From NCBI RefSeq assembly GCF_030684315.1, contig NC_081400.1, forward strand, positions 3,651,795 to 3,715,794: DNA of 64,000 nt, read 5' to 3'. The notes below the pieces were generated by a model, which did no database searches, was not told the origin of the DNA, and worked only from the letters and a program-made list of their open reading frames with translations. Origin of the DNA: Stegostoma tigrinum (Eukaryota). The position numbers were made by a program, and so were the translations under genes. Of the stretch, positions 13,440-24,289 are shown piece by piece. How positions within the stretch are numbered: the stretch's first letter is position 1; each line of letters opens with the position of its first letter.

Positions 13440-14030
13440 GGGCCGGGAGGGAGAGCGAAGGGTGGGGGTAGGGAGAGAAATGGCAGGGGGGGTGGACAGA
13501 TGAGAACATAGGGGGAAGAAGGAGCCTTGGGATGGGGAAGGGAAAGGGAGGGGACTTCAGGTTAGATATGAGAGCGAGGGGATGGGAGATAAAGGGAGGG
13601 ATGTGTATTGGGAGTGACCGCCAGGGTTTAGGGAGGGTAGGGAACGGGGTGAGGAATAGAGGGAAAGGGGTTGGGGAGAGATGTGGACGTCGAGGGAGGT
13701 GTTAGGGAGAGAGAGGGAGATATTTGGGTTGCGATGAGGACAGGAGGAAAGGGGAACGGGTTGATTGGGAAGAGATAGGGAGGAGATGGGGGTGTAGAGT
13801 CGGAAGTGAGATGAGGAGAGAAAAGGATGACAGTGGTTGGGGAGAGATCCGGAGGGGGTGGGGAGAGAACTAAAACGATTGGGCTGAGCTAAGTAGAGAA
13901 TGGAAGGAGTCATAGGAAGAGATGAGGGGAGAGGAGAGTTAGGGGTTCCGGGTTGGGACAGACTGGGAGGGCGTGGGAAGAGGAAGGATGGGGGAAGAGG
14001 AGAGGTTGGGAAGCAAGCGAGGGTGCTGCA
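13440..14030. repeat. G/A-rich low-complexity tract
   Basis: Purine-rich gggaga-type runs. Confidence 0.8.
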
Positions 14031-14460
14031 ATGAATAAGTTCAGGAGTGAGCTGATCCAATAACCTGCAGCGTTGATTTATTGACCTTAAAGTGAGCACA
14101 GTGCTCCCCGGAGGGGGTGAGCAGGGACCGCGGAGGTGCTGGCGACGTTGTTTGAGGCTAGCTTAGATGGAAAGGGGGCGGACAGTTGGAGAGGTGAGTG
14201 ACGAGCTGTTTGTGAGGATGGTGTCGATGGAATCATTGAACTGAGATTCTGTCCTCCTTCGGCCGCAGGTGGAAAATAGCGAGGCTGTGACCAGCAGCAC
14301 ATTTGCTGTTCTCTGGGCTGAGAGCGTGTAACATCGCGCTCTGCATTGGAGTGTGAAAACCACAGACCACCCACGGCCTATCGAGCTCGGGCACAGGAGA
14401 GGCTGGTGTTCCATGACCTCACTTACAGTGCTCCTCCCAAGCGACCCACACGGACAGCTC
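14030..14460 (+). mobile_element. Ancient CR1 RT remnant
   Basis: Peptide AEVLATLFEASLDGKGADSWR resembles CR1 AEALAxIFxSSLDTGEVPEDWR. Confidence 0.5.
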
Positions 14461-14469
14461 TCCCGTCAA

Positions 14470-15310
14470 CATCTTCACCACCACCGCTCCCCACCTCCCA
14501 CCCGCCACACACTCACAAACCAATCTCTCTCCTGCACAAACCTGTCCCCAACCTCTCTCCCCACACTCATGCAAGTGCCCCCACCCCACCCTCCAACGGA
14601 CCTTCTCCCACCCCTCCACCTTATACCCACAAACCTCTCCCCCAGATCCTCCCCACACACAGAAACCTTGTCCCCATGTTCTGCCCCATACTCACAAACT
14701 TGTCCCCCACAGCTCAGCCCACTCACACCACCCTCCACAACACACGTCCCTCCCCACTTCCTCTCCCACACACAAACCTATCCCCCACACCCTCCCAACA
14801 CACGCATCTCCCTCTCTCACACATACATCTATCCCACCGTCTACCCGTACACACCCTCTCCCCTCACCGTCTCCCCATATACACGCCTGTACTTTCCACC
14901 ACAACACCCCCACACACACACCTCACCCACACCCTTCCACATATATGCAAGACTCTCCTCCACACACACTCCACTCCCTTACTCTCTGCCCCATATCCAC
15001 ACCTCTCCCCTGTCCCACCACCCAAGCACAAACCTCTCCCCGACCAACACAAAAACCTTTCCCCATCCTCTTCCTCTACAATCACATGCCTTTCCCTCAC
15101 ACATCCCTCCCCCACCCTCATTCCCCCCCCCCCGCCCGCACACATGTCTCTCCACACATACCTCTCCCCCTGTATACACACCTCTCCCCCGTCCTCTCTC
15201 CCACACTCTCCACTCCTCTATCCTCCCCCAACACACACATCCCTCCCCACCCTCTACCCACAAACATCTGTCGCCCATACGTCTCCCTCACAGCCCCCTC
15301 ACACACGCGC
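14470..15310. repeat. C/A-rich low-complexity tract
   Basis: cacaaacctctcccc-type degenerate units; explains the long Pro/His/Thr-rich ORFs. Confidence 0.85.
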
Positions 15311-15899
15311 ACCTCTCTGCACTGTTTACAAAATGCACTGCAGCCACTCATCACAGCTCCTTAGACAGCATCTTCGAAAGGCAAGAACACTTCCATCGAT
15401 TGAGCAGGTGCATAGATACACATCACCTGCAAATTCCCGCCCAGATCCATACAAATCTGAAAGGATTCAGTCGAACAGATGGAGAGGGGTCTACGGGCCA
15501 GAAGCAGGGGTCATCAATAAAAGTTACTCAAAATTCTCATCATAAATTCATAAGAAACATCTCCCCAAAGAGGAGCTGATGAGAATGGGAGATTAGTTGC
15601 CACGGGGGTTGGGAAGGAATGGTGGACTTGCTGGCTTGGAGAGTGGAGGAGAATGGGGGACTCGCCCTCAAGGGGAGTGGGGCAGAATGAGGGATTCGTT
15701 CCCATAGGGAGTGGCTGGTGCATTAAAGACCATCGTCTGTGATGCATTAAAGCTGAACTGAGGAGCGAGAGATGAGTACGAGGAGAAGGAAGTCGCAGGA
15801 GTTTGGAAGCGGTTCGTATGGAGAAGGAACACACAGCAGGGAGCAGAAGGGGCAAATGGCCCGCAGAGAAACACGAGACAGTGGTTAGAGCTGCCTGCC

Positions 15900-16175
15900 C
15901 CTCTCAAGTCGACTCACCGTTTCTAGGATGACAAAATGAGACCTGCTCACCACCTGTAGGGCCATAGTCAGCCTCGTATCAGCCGTTCGTTCACAGTGGC
16001 TGGGTCAAAATCCTGGAACGTTCTCCCTGGATGAATTATGTGGGGTGCTCCCTACACCACAAAGGGGCCGCAGAGGTTCAAGAAGGCAGCTCACCAACAC
16101 CTTCTCAAGGGCCAGTTAGCGACGGGCAATAAATGTTGTGCCCAGCTAAAAACGCCAACGTCCCAGGGAAGAAAT
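15900..16175 (+). mobile_element. L2-derived repeat fragment (also 4730-4960, 15320-15445, 21040-21180)
   Basis: gctgggtcaaaatcctggaac..ggttcaagaaggcagctcacc..gggcaataaatg block. Confidence 0.6.
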
Positions 16176-16439
16176 AAAGTAGATTATCAAACTCTTGTTT
16201 TAAGGGAAGGGTAATTGGTGCTGTGTGTTCGCGCCAGATTCTAATAAAATTATCCCTCACTGACCTTCAGCTGAAATACTCTGATGGGTAGCCCGTGGTA
16301 AAACGTACTTGAGCTCCTTCGTAGGGCAAAGGTCCCGCAGAAGTTCTACGGTTGAGATCGGAATGCAGGCCTGCCAAACACAAGTAAACCCTCCGGCACT
16401 TCACTGGCAATGACGACCTGAAGGAACCTTTATTATCCG

Positions 16440-16782
16440 NNNNNNNNNNNNNNNNNNNNNNNNNNNNNNNNNNNNNNNNNNNNNNNNNNNNNNNNNNNNN
16501 NNNNNNNNNNNNNNNNNNNNNNNNNNNNNNNNNNNNNNNNNNNNNNNNNNNNNNNNNNNNNNNNNNNNNNNNNNNNNNNNNNNNNNNNNNNNNNNNNNNN
16601 NNNNNNNNNNNNNNNNNNNNNNNNNNNNNNNNNNNNNNNNNNNNNNNNNNNNNNNNNNNNNNNNNNNNNNNNNNNNNNNNNNNNNNNNNNNNNNNNNNNN
16701 NNNNNNNNNNNNNNNNNNNNNNNNNNNNNNNNNNNNNNNNNNNNNNNNNNNNNNNNNNNNNNNNNNNNNNNNNNNNNNNNNN
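16440..16782. other. Assembly gap
   Basis: Run of N. Confidence 1.
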
Positions 16783-17514
16783 TACACACAAAGAGATACA
16801 CAGACACACACACGACGTTCAAACACAGGGACAGATACACACACACGCACAGACATATTCTGAGAGGTACACACACACGCAGACATTCACAGACAAAAAC
16901 ATTCACACACACTCACAGACACCCACACACTGATGCGCGCGCGCACGCCCACACGGGTTCCGGACAGACTGAGATAAAATTCTTCTTTGTTTTTTGCTAC
17001 AATTACCCATGTCCTTCTCTGGAGAAATTAAACATGATCCAAATATAGATGTGTTATTTGTCGCGGGTTATTATTGAAGTTCAGTCATGTTGGTATCTGG
17101 TATCCGGGAGGAGATCGCATTTAGAGTTAATGGACAGACTATATAACGGCCCAGAAAGAGGCCACTTGGCCCATCGCCCATGTGCCCACAGCCCACTGGC
17201 CTATATACCGCTGCTGCAAAAATCTATAAACTGAGGAGGCTATGCAGCTACTACCAAGAAACAGAACCGCGCACTGAATTTTCCAGTCATTTGTGGCTAA
17301 CACGCCTCGGTTGCAACGCGAAGAGATTGACACACGAGCCATTGATTGGAACTGCCTGTGCCTCTCAAGTCAAATCACCATTTCCAGAATGACAGGGCGA
17401 GAGCTGCTCAGCAAATGTAGGGTCATCGTCAGCTCTGGTTATTACGCTAGGCTCAGTGCTTCACTGGCACTGAGGAGCTAAAGAAATCTGTATTATCCGC
17501 GTCCCAACCCCAAC

Positions 17515-17663
17515 TCAGACACATACAAACACATATTCGGACAAACACACACACATACGTACTCACACACATGCACAGACACACACACATGCTCACATAC
17601 ACTCATACACAGACACACACGGAGATACATACACTGTCTCACAAACACACACTCACAAACACT

Positions 17664-17703
<40 letters not shown>

Positions 17704-17803
17704 CACACAAATACACACAGACAAGCACACAGGTACATACACAGACACACACGGAGATACATACACTCTCTCACAAACACACACTCACATACACTCACCC
17801 ACC

Positions 17804-17859
<56 letters not shown>

Positions 17860-18160
17860 TACACACAGACAAGCACACAGGTACATACACAGACACACAG
17901 ACACGCACAAAACACACACAGACATTTACACAGTCTCTCACACCAAGATATACACACACACACAAACACAAAAACTGATACACACACAAACACACATTCA
18001 CACACAGATACTCACACGCTCTCTCACACGCACACAGATATACACAATAACAGACACACACTCCCTCACAAACAAACACAGATACATATACACAGACACA
18101 CACTCACACTCACTCTGTCACACACACTAACACATGTAAATTCACACATAAATGTACATG
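17515..18160. repeat. (CA)n-rich microsatellite/low-complexity tract
   Basis: Perfect and degenerate CA repeats with an internal duplication. Confidence 0.9.
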
Positions 18161-18189
18161 TGTTACGAACACACTGGGGTAAAATTCCT

Positions 18190-19400
18190 CTCACGAATTG
18201 TCTCATCAGAGACACTCCCTTATTGTGGCGCTATATGAAGTCACCGCAGAACAACGCACCTCGCTGAAACGAATGGAGAGGACGGTATAAAAAGCAGAGA
18301 GAAAGCAGTCCTGTTTGGGTTTATAGGAAAATGCCCCAAGACAAGCCCCCTCTCTCCACCCCCTGCAGCCTCTGGGGCAGAAAGATGGCCCTGCCTCAGT
18401 TGTTTACAAACTGGGAGAGACTAGAATCAGCGGGAACAATGTCAGAATGAGTGGTCGCCCATTGAAGACAGAGATGGTGAGGGGGGGGGGGTAGTTTCTT
18501 CACTCAAATCAGAGTGAATCTGTGGAATTCTTTACCACATGGGGGCTGTGGAGGTTGGACCATTCAGTACATTCAAGGCTGAGGTAGGAAAGTCTCTAAT
18601 TAGAAAAGGTTCCGGGGTGCAAGAGTGGGGGGGTGGGTGAAAGGCAAGAAATTGGAGCTGACATTGAATGGCAGAGCAGACTCGAGAGGCCTAGTAGCCA
18701 AAATGTGCTCCCGCTTCTAGTGAGCTAACTACCTCCCACAGCAGAGCGTGGATCTCCATACAGGGCCTGAACACCAACCCTGAACACATGGAGAGACGTG
18801 GCCAGTTTTGGTCAGGGCCACTGCTCCTGAATAAGCGTCAAGCAACACCCATACCTCCCAACAAGCCACGCCTTAATTTTGTGTTACAATTACCCCAGTT
18901 ACCCAGACTTTCTGTGGGAAATATCAAGCGTAATCCAAACAGGGAGGTGTTGTTTGTAGGGAATATGACTGAAGGGCAGTCATATTGGAACCTGGTCACC
19001 AGCCGGCTTGGAATCACCGAACGCTAATGGCACAGAAAGAAACCACATGGCCTGGAGACCCACGAGCTTCAGAGACTAAGAGTCCAAGTCCCCTATAAAT
19101 GATTCCAGGGTTTCTGCCTCTCCCACTCTCCAACCATTGCGTTCCAAACATTGGGCCACTATCTGAGTGAAATGAAATGTCCCCTTCTGCTCACTCCACC
19201 ATTTCCTCCTCCCACCCCAGCTTGCCCTCGATATCCCCCCCACCCCGCCCCCACCGCGCGTAGCGCCATTCTTCTTCCAAAGGCTTTAACTCCCTCAGTC
19301 ACTGACCTTTCTGAGCAGGTAAACTGATTCACGTCTGCTCCATCCGGAAAGTCTCCTCTCAGCCCCTTCCAGTTACGATGTCTGCCATGTCCCGTCATCC
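18190..19400 (+). pseudogene. Putative decayed tandem paralogue of the V-J/C1 IgSF gene (promoter, leader, V exon and start of C1 relics)
   Basis: Collinear by-eye matches to 22800-23790: gaaaATGccccaagacaagcc (~18330) vs gaaaaATGcccaaggatagcc; cgccttaat..cagttac..ccagactttctgtg (~18870-18918) vs cgctttaaat..cagttac..cccagctcactgtg; tggaacctggtcaccagc (LVTS) vs tggagctggttactagc; gtccaagt..atgattccaggg vs gtccaggt..atgactctggg. No open frame. Confidence 0.5.
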
Positions 19401-19799
19401 CTTCACTTTCCCAGACTTGGCAACATCCTCGTAAATCTCCACCATCCCATACTGAAACTCTCTCACAAACATTACTTCGAGTGTTCCTAACCTCCCTGTA
19501 AGACTGAACCTCTCTCCCTAATTGTCGATGACACACAGGCCATGAGAGGCAAGCTGGGAAATGTTCAATAGATATTGACCTTGGATACGCTGAACGATTA
19601 AATTAGATCCAGAAAAGATGGACCAGCCGGGCCTGTTTTTCAGCAGCACATACAAGACCTGAGGAGGCAGCGAGGTCTTTGGAACTCTGAAATGGGTTCA
19701 ATCGGGTGGGTGTAGAGCTATTCCCTGTAGGGAATGGGGGAAAGATCACAAGCGTATCAATATGAGACAGTCAATACTTAATCAATCATTTAGAGGAGT

Positions 19800-20190
19800 G
19801 AGGAGAATGGGGAACCCACTCCCACTAGGAGTTGGGGAAAAGTGGGGGAGGGGGTGGGGGCTCGTTCCCGCAGGAGTGAGGGGAGTGCGTGAGACACGCT
19901 TCCACCGAGAATGGGTGGAGAATGGGGCGCTCTCTCCCACAGGGAGTGGGGATTGGAGAATGGGAAATTCACTCCAAAGGGGAGTGGGGGGAGAATGGGG
20001 GACTTGTTCTCACAGGGTTTGAGGGAGAATGGGGGACTTGCTCTCACAGGGAGTGGGGGGAGAATGGGGGACTTGTTCTCACAGGGTTTGAGGGAGAATG
20101 GGGGACTTGCTCTCACAGGGAGTGGGGAGAGAATGGGGGATTCGCTCTCCGAGGAATTGGGGGTGAAGTGGGCACTCGCTCCCACAGGGA
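19800..20190. repeat. G-rich minisatellite, 34-35 bp unit
   Basis: gggagaatgggggacttg(t/c)tctcacaggg units; older related copy at ~15580-15715. Confidence 0.85.
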
Positions 20191-21769
20191 GCGGTGGAGG
20201 CAAACGGAAAAGATGCTTTGAAGCTGGATAAACACGGGAGGGAGAGAGGAATACAAGGAGAGGGGATAGCAGAATTTCGGGGCAGTTTTTGGGGAGCAGA
20301 AACACAACAGAAAGCAAAGGCTGAGTGGACCGTTCTCTGCTGCTGCAAATGTTATAAACATGAAGCGAGGCTGTGCATCTTCTCCAACGAGACAGAACTG
20401 CGCAGCGAATTTTCCAGTCAGTTTCACCCAACGCACTTCGGTTAAAATACAAAGAGAGGGGCATGAGCCATTAATTGTAACGACTTTTTTTCCGTCTCGG
20501 GCCAAACCACCATTTCTAGACACAGTGAGAGCATCGTCAGCCCCGTTTAAGACCCTAGACTCAGCCGGGTGGGAGAATGTACGAGAGTTTACAGTAAGGA
20601 AGGGTCCCGACCCGAAACGTCAGTTTTCCTGTCCCTCTGATGCTGCCTGGCCTGCTGTACTCCTCCAGTCCCACACTGTGTTATGCCGGGTCATAACAGG
20701 AGACAGTTTTAAAAGATGTCTCTCTCGCTCTCTGTCTCTCTCTCTCTCTCTACCCACGGATGCTGTCAGATCTGCTGAGTTCCTCTAGCGCTTTTTTGTC
20801 TTAATTTCAGGTCTCCAGAATCTCCAGCTCTTTGATTTGGCAGCTTAAACGGTGGAGAAGGGGCCTTTCCACAAATTCTCCAAAGCCTTGTTTGAATTCT
20901 CCGCGTCTCTGGCATTGCAGACAATCACAGGTTAATCACTGAAACTCATATCCCTCCACACACGCAGTTAGGCCATCATTTTCCACCCTGTGTTAAGTAG
21001 GTTGCGTAAGGATTCAGACTCTACATTGAATCAATTGCAGCCACATATGGTCACACTGTATTACACTGCTCCTGGCATTCACCACTACCTACAAGGAGAA
21101 AGCCAGCAGGTCCCATCCCCTGTAAGTTCCCCACAACATTCTCACTTGGAAATATATCGGCCGTTCCTCCAGTGTTGTTGGGTCGATTTGGAAACGGGAG
21201 CGGAAGTCGGCCATTCGGCCCCTCGAGCCCGTTCAGCCATGCTGATCACCCGACTCAATCCAACACCTTGCCCTTTCTCTCTCCCTAATCCATCTTGTCC
21301 CTTTTAGACCAGAGAATTATATCTAGCTTCTACCTAAAAGGATTTAATGTTCCGGCCCCGACCGCTTTCTGTGGCAGAGAATTCCACACGCTCCCTACTT
21401 TCTGGCAGGAGGAGAGGGAGAGAGAAACAGAGACTGCGGATGCTGGGAATCTGAAGCAAGGCATTTCTTTTTCTCTTACCACGACTACCCCGGTCCTGGG
21501 TTCCAACATGCCCCTGCACCAGTCATTCGGGAACATCCTTCCTGCTTTTAACCCTCTCCAGTCCTGTCAGAGTTTGAGAGGTTTCTATGAGATTCCCACC
21601 CCATCTTTCTAAACTCTGGCGAATACAATCCTCACTGAACCAGGTCTGCTTCGCATCCGTGCAGAAATGGAAGTTTCACTGGACCCGAAATGTTAACTCT
21701 GCTTTCTCTCCCCGGTACGCTGCCCGAGCCGCTGAGTTTCTGCAGCAATTTCTTTGTTTCAGTCTCTGG

Positions 21770-22600
21770 AAATCGCCTCTGTCTAAGAGCACTTGGCGTG
21801 TTCCAAACTTCCCTACAGTACTGAAAGTAACTCTCTAATAGTGCTTTGAGTGTTCCTAACATCCCAGAAATGCTGAAACTCTCTCCCGAACAGTACTGTG
21901 AGTGCTCCAAACATTCCAAAAATACTGAAACTCTCTCCCTAACAGTACTGTGAGTGCTCCAAACATTCCAAAAACACTGAAACTCTCTCCCTAACAGTAC
22001 TGTGAGTGCTCCAAACATTCCAAAAACACTGAAACTCTCTCCCTAACAGTACTGTGAGTGCTCCAAACATCCCAAACTCTGATGAAGGGTCTAGGCCCGA
22101 AACGTCAGCTTTTGTGCTCCTGAGATGCTGTTTGGCCTGCTGTGTTCATCCAGCCTCACATTTTATTATCTTGGAATTCTCCAGCATCTGCAGTTCCCAT
22201 TATCTCTGAAACTCTCTCCCTAACGGGACTGTGAGTGCTCCAAACATCCCAAAAATACTGAAACTCTCTCCCTAACAGGACTGTGAGTGTCCCAAACATT
22301 CCAAAAATACTGAAACTCTCTCCCTAACAGTACTGTGAGTCCTCCAAACATCCCAAAAATACTGAAACTCTCTCCCTAACAGGACTGTGAGTCCTCCAAA
22401 CATCCCAAAAATACTGAAACTCTCTCCCTAACAGTACTTGAGTGTTCCTAGTATCTCTATAATACTGAAACTCTCCAACATTACTTGTATGTTCCTATTA
22501 TCTCTATGTTGAAACTGATTCCATAACAGTATCTTTATGTTCCTAACCCCGTAATACTGAATTTTTCTCCCCGACAGCACTTGGCGTGTTCCCAACACGT
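21770..22600. repeat. 52-bp minisatellite
   Basis: ctgaaactctctccctaacagtactgtgagtgctccaaacattccaaaaata starting at 21925, 21977, 22029 and onward; interrupted by a Penelope-end element at 22079-22208. Confidence 0.9.
22079..22106 (+). ncRNA. Minimal hammerhead ribozyme core in a Penelope-end element (22079-22208)
   Basis: CTGATGA-a-GGGT-ctag-GCCC-GAAAC-GTC. Confidence 0.65.
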
Positions 22601-22699
22601 CTACAAGGATTGCATCAATTCAACAAGACAATTCGGAGGTGACAATACCCCTTTGCAGGTTCGAGCTAAGCCTTGCATTGCTCTATGCCCAAGTTCATT

Positions 22700-22937
22700 C
22701 AGTGCCACCGGCGCCCTGCGAGCGGCCACGCTTTTATTTATAGGTATTCGCCTCTCTGACCTCGGTGACGCACAGACCGCGCTCTGGCCGAGTGGCGCAG
22801 CTCGCCCACAACTGTGTCACACTTTCCACTATAGCCGCGCCTCAACCGGTCGCAGAAGGGGCGATGCTGACCTGCCTGCGCGCACACACACACACAAACC
22901 AGAGCAGGGGGGAGCGGAGGGAAAATTATCCCGAAAA
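22700..22937 (+). promoter_or_regulatory. CpG-rich proximal promoter / 5' UTR of the IgSF gene
   Basis: Local CpG enrichment immediately upstream of ATG 22938. Confidence 0.5.
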
Positions 22938-22992
22938 ATGCCCAAGGATAGCCTCTTCCTGATGCTCCTCGTCCAACTGTTGGCTCTTCATG
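22938..22992 (+). CDS. IgSF exon 1: signal peptide
   Basis: MPKDSLFLMLLVQLLALH, donor G|gtgagt, phase 1. Confidence 0.85.
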
Positions 22993-24242
22993 GTGAGTGT
23001 GAGGCGGGGAGGGGGGGGGGTGGAATTTCAAAACGTCGCCCGGAATCGGGCGGAAAGTGGGAGTCTCTCCTCCCCTACCCCCAAACCCAACCCCCCCCCC
23101 TACATAAAGAAGGAATTTCGACCATATCCAGTGAGGATACGTATCTGAAGTCTCCCAAATTATAAGAATAACGTAGTCAATAGTGTGGGAATTGATCACT
23201 GGAGTCATTGCAGACAATGACTGTGCGGCTCTCGGGACAGCGATCAAAGGGTCTCCAATCCCATCTCTCAATAATCGCTTTAAATGCTATTTTTGTCTCT
23301 TCAGTTACAGATTCCCAGCTCACTGTGTCTCAGGGGCCCCTCGCCAAGACGGCAAAAGTCGGAGAGACGGTCGAATTGGAGTGCCATCTCAGCTACCTAG
23401 TGGAGCTGGTTACTAGCTATTTCTGGTACAAACAGACTGTCGGTGAAGCCCCGGTGGCAATCAACAGCACCAGCTGTGAGGAGCCCGCCTGTAAATTTGT
23501 TTCAAAAAAAGGTCGCAGCGAGCGCCTGCTGGTACTGGAAATCCGCAATGTCCAGGTGGATGACTCTGGGACCTACTACTGTGCTGATAGGGATGGCTAT
23601 GCTCCACTCCAAAATGGACCAAAACTGCTTGTCGGAGGTAAGAGAAACACCAAAATCAACCCTAACCGTTCATAAAATTTTCATCTTCCGATCGTTTTTC
23701 CTTAACCGTGTCCCAATCTCTGTCCAGAGAGTTCCACCGAGAAGACCTCTGTCTTAGTCTTCGTCCCGCTGTCTGTGCCTGCCCAGAATGGCACCGTCCC
23801 CTTGGTGTGTCTAGTCAGCGGCGTCTCTTCCAACCAGATTGTCATTTTCTGGAATATTTCTGGTGAGGTCACCGAGGGGGCGAGCGATGTGGGGAAGAAG
23901 GAGCCAGACGGCACCTGGAACATCACGAGTCAGGTCACAGTGACAAGTGAACAGTGGACGAGCGGTGCTCTCTGTTCTTGTGTTGTTCAACTGGGAGAAG
24001 AAATCAGGACAAAGAGTGTGTTCTTTGCCCAACAGGCAGCATCAAGGGAAGGTGAGTTATCGAGGCGCACATTGTTGGGGGGGTTATAGACCCCCAGTTT
24101 CTAAAAACTGGCAGTCCACCAATGAAATACTTCCATCAAGCAAAGGAATATAGATGGGTTTATGGATTAGAGTGTGCGTGAAAATGAACATGTTCATATA
24201 TCAGTGTGAGTACGTGTCTCTGAGGAAAACAGTGCGTATATG

Positions 24243-24289
<47 letters not shown>

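Noticed and set aside
14120-14330. Apparent exon-intron-exon (gag|gtgagt ... ccgcag|)
   Set aside because: The translation matches a decayed CR1 RT segment; the splice-like words are probably chance.
14346-15579. 399-aa and 408-aa Pro/His/Thr-rich ORFs
   Set aside because: Artefacts of a C/A low-complexity tract that lacks stop codons; no domain signature.
15326-15953. Two phase-compatible minus-strand exons ending ..CDEWLQCIL*
   Set aside because: Both overlap the L2-derived repeat (caagatgcactgcagc..caccacctgcaag) found elsewhere in the window.
17305-17352. MHC-like X-Y box arrangement (GCAAC ... TGATTGG)
   Set aside because: Not retained in the paralogous copy at ~20440-20480, and the block looks CR1-derived.
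21880-22440. RSS-like words (CACAGTA on minus, caaaaacac on plus) in the 52-bp minisatellite; also CACAGTG at 14097, 20521 and 35597
   Set aside because: No CAC heptamer is paired with a nonamer at 12 or 22/23 spacing in the correct orientation, and none abuts a V or J segment.
21770-22600. CRISPR-like appearance of regular repeats (also 62780-63660)
   Set aside because: Head-to-tail tandem units without unique spacers, in a vertebrate context with no cas genes.
23305-24051. Calling the V and C exons an Ig light chain or TCR locus
   Set aside because: No RSS or separate J, no FGxG, a 90-bp V-C intron, an uncharged TM and a long tyrosine-bearing tail argue against it, although germline-joined shark IgL genes exist and phylogeny is needed.
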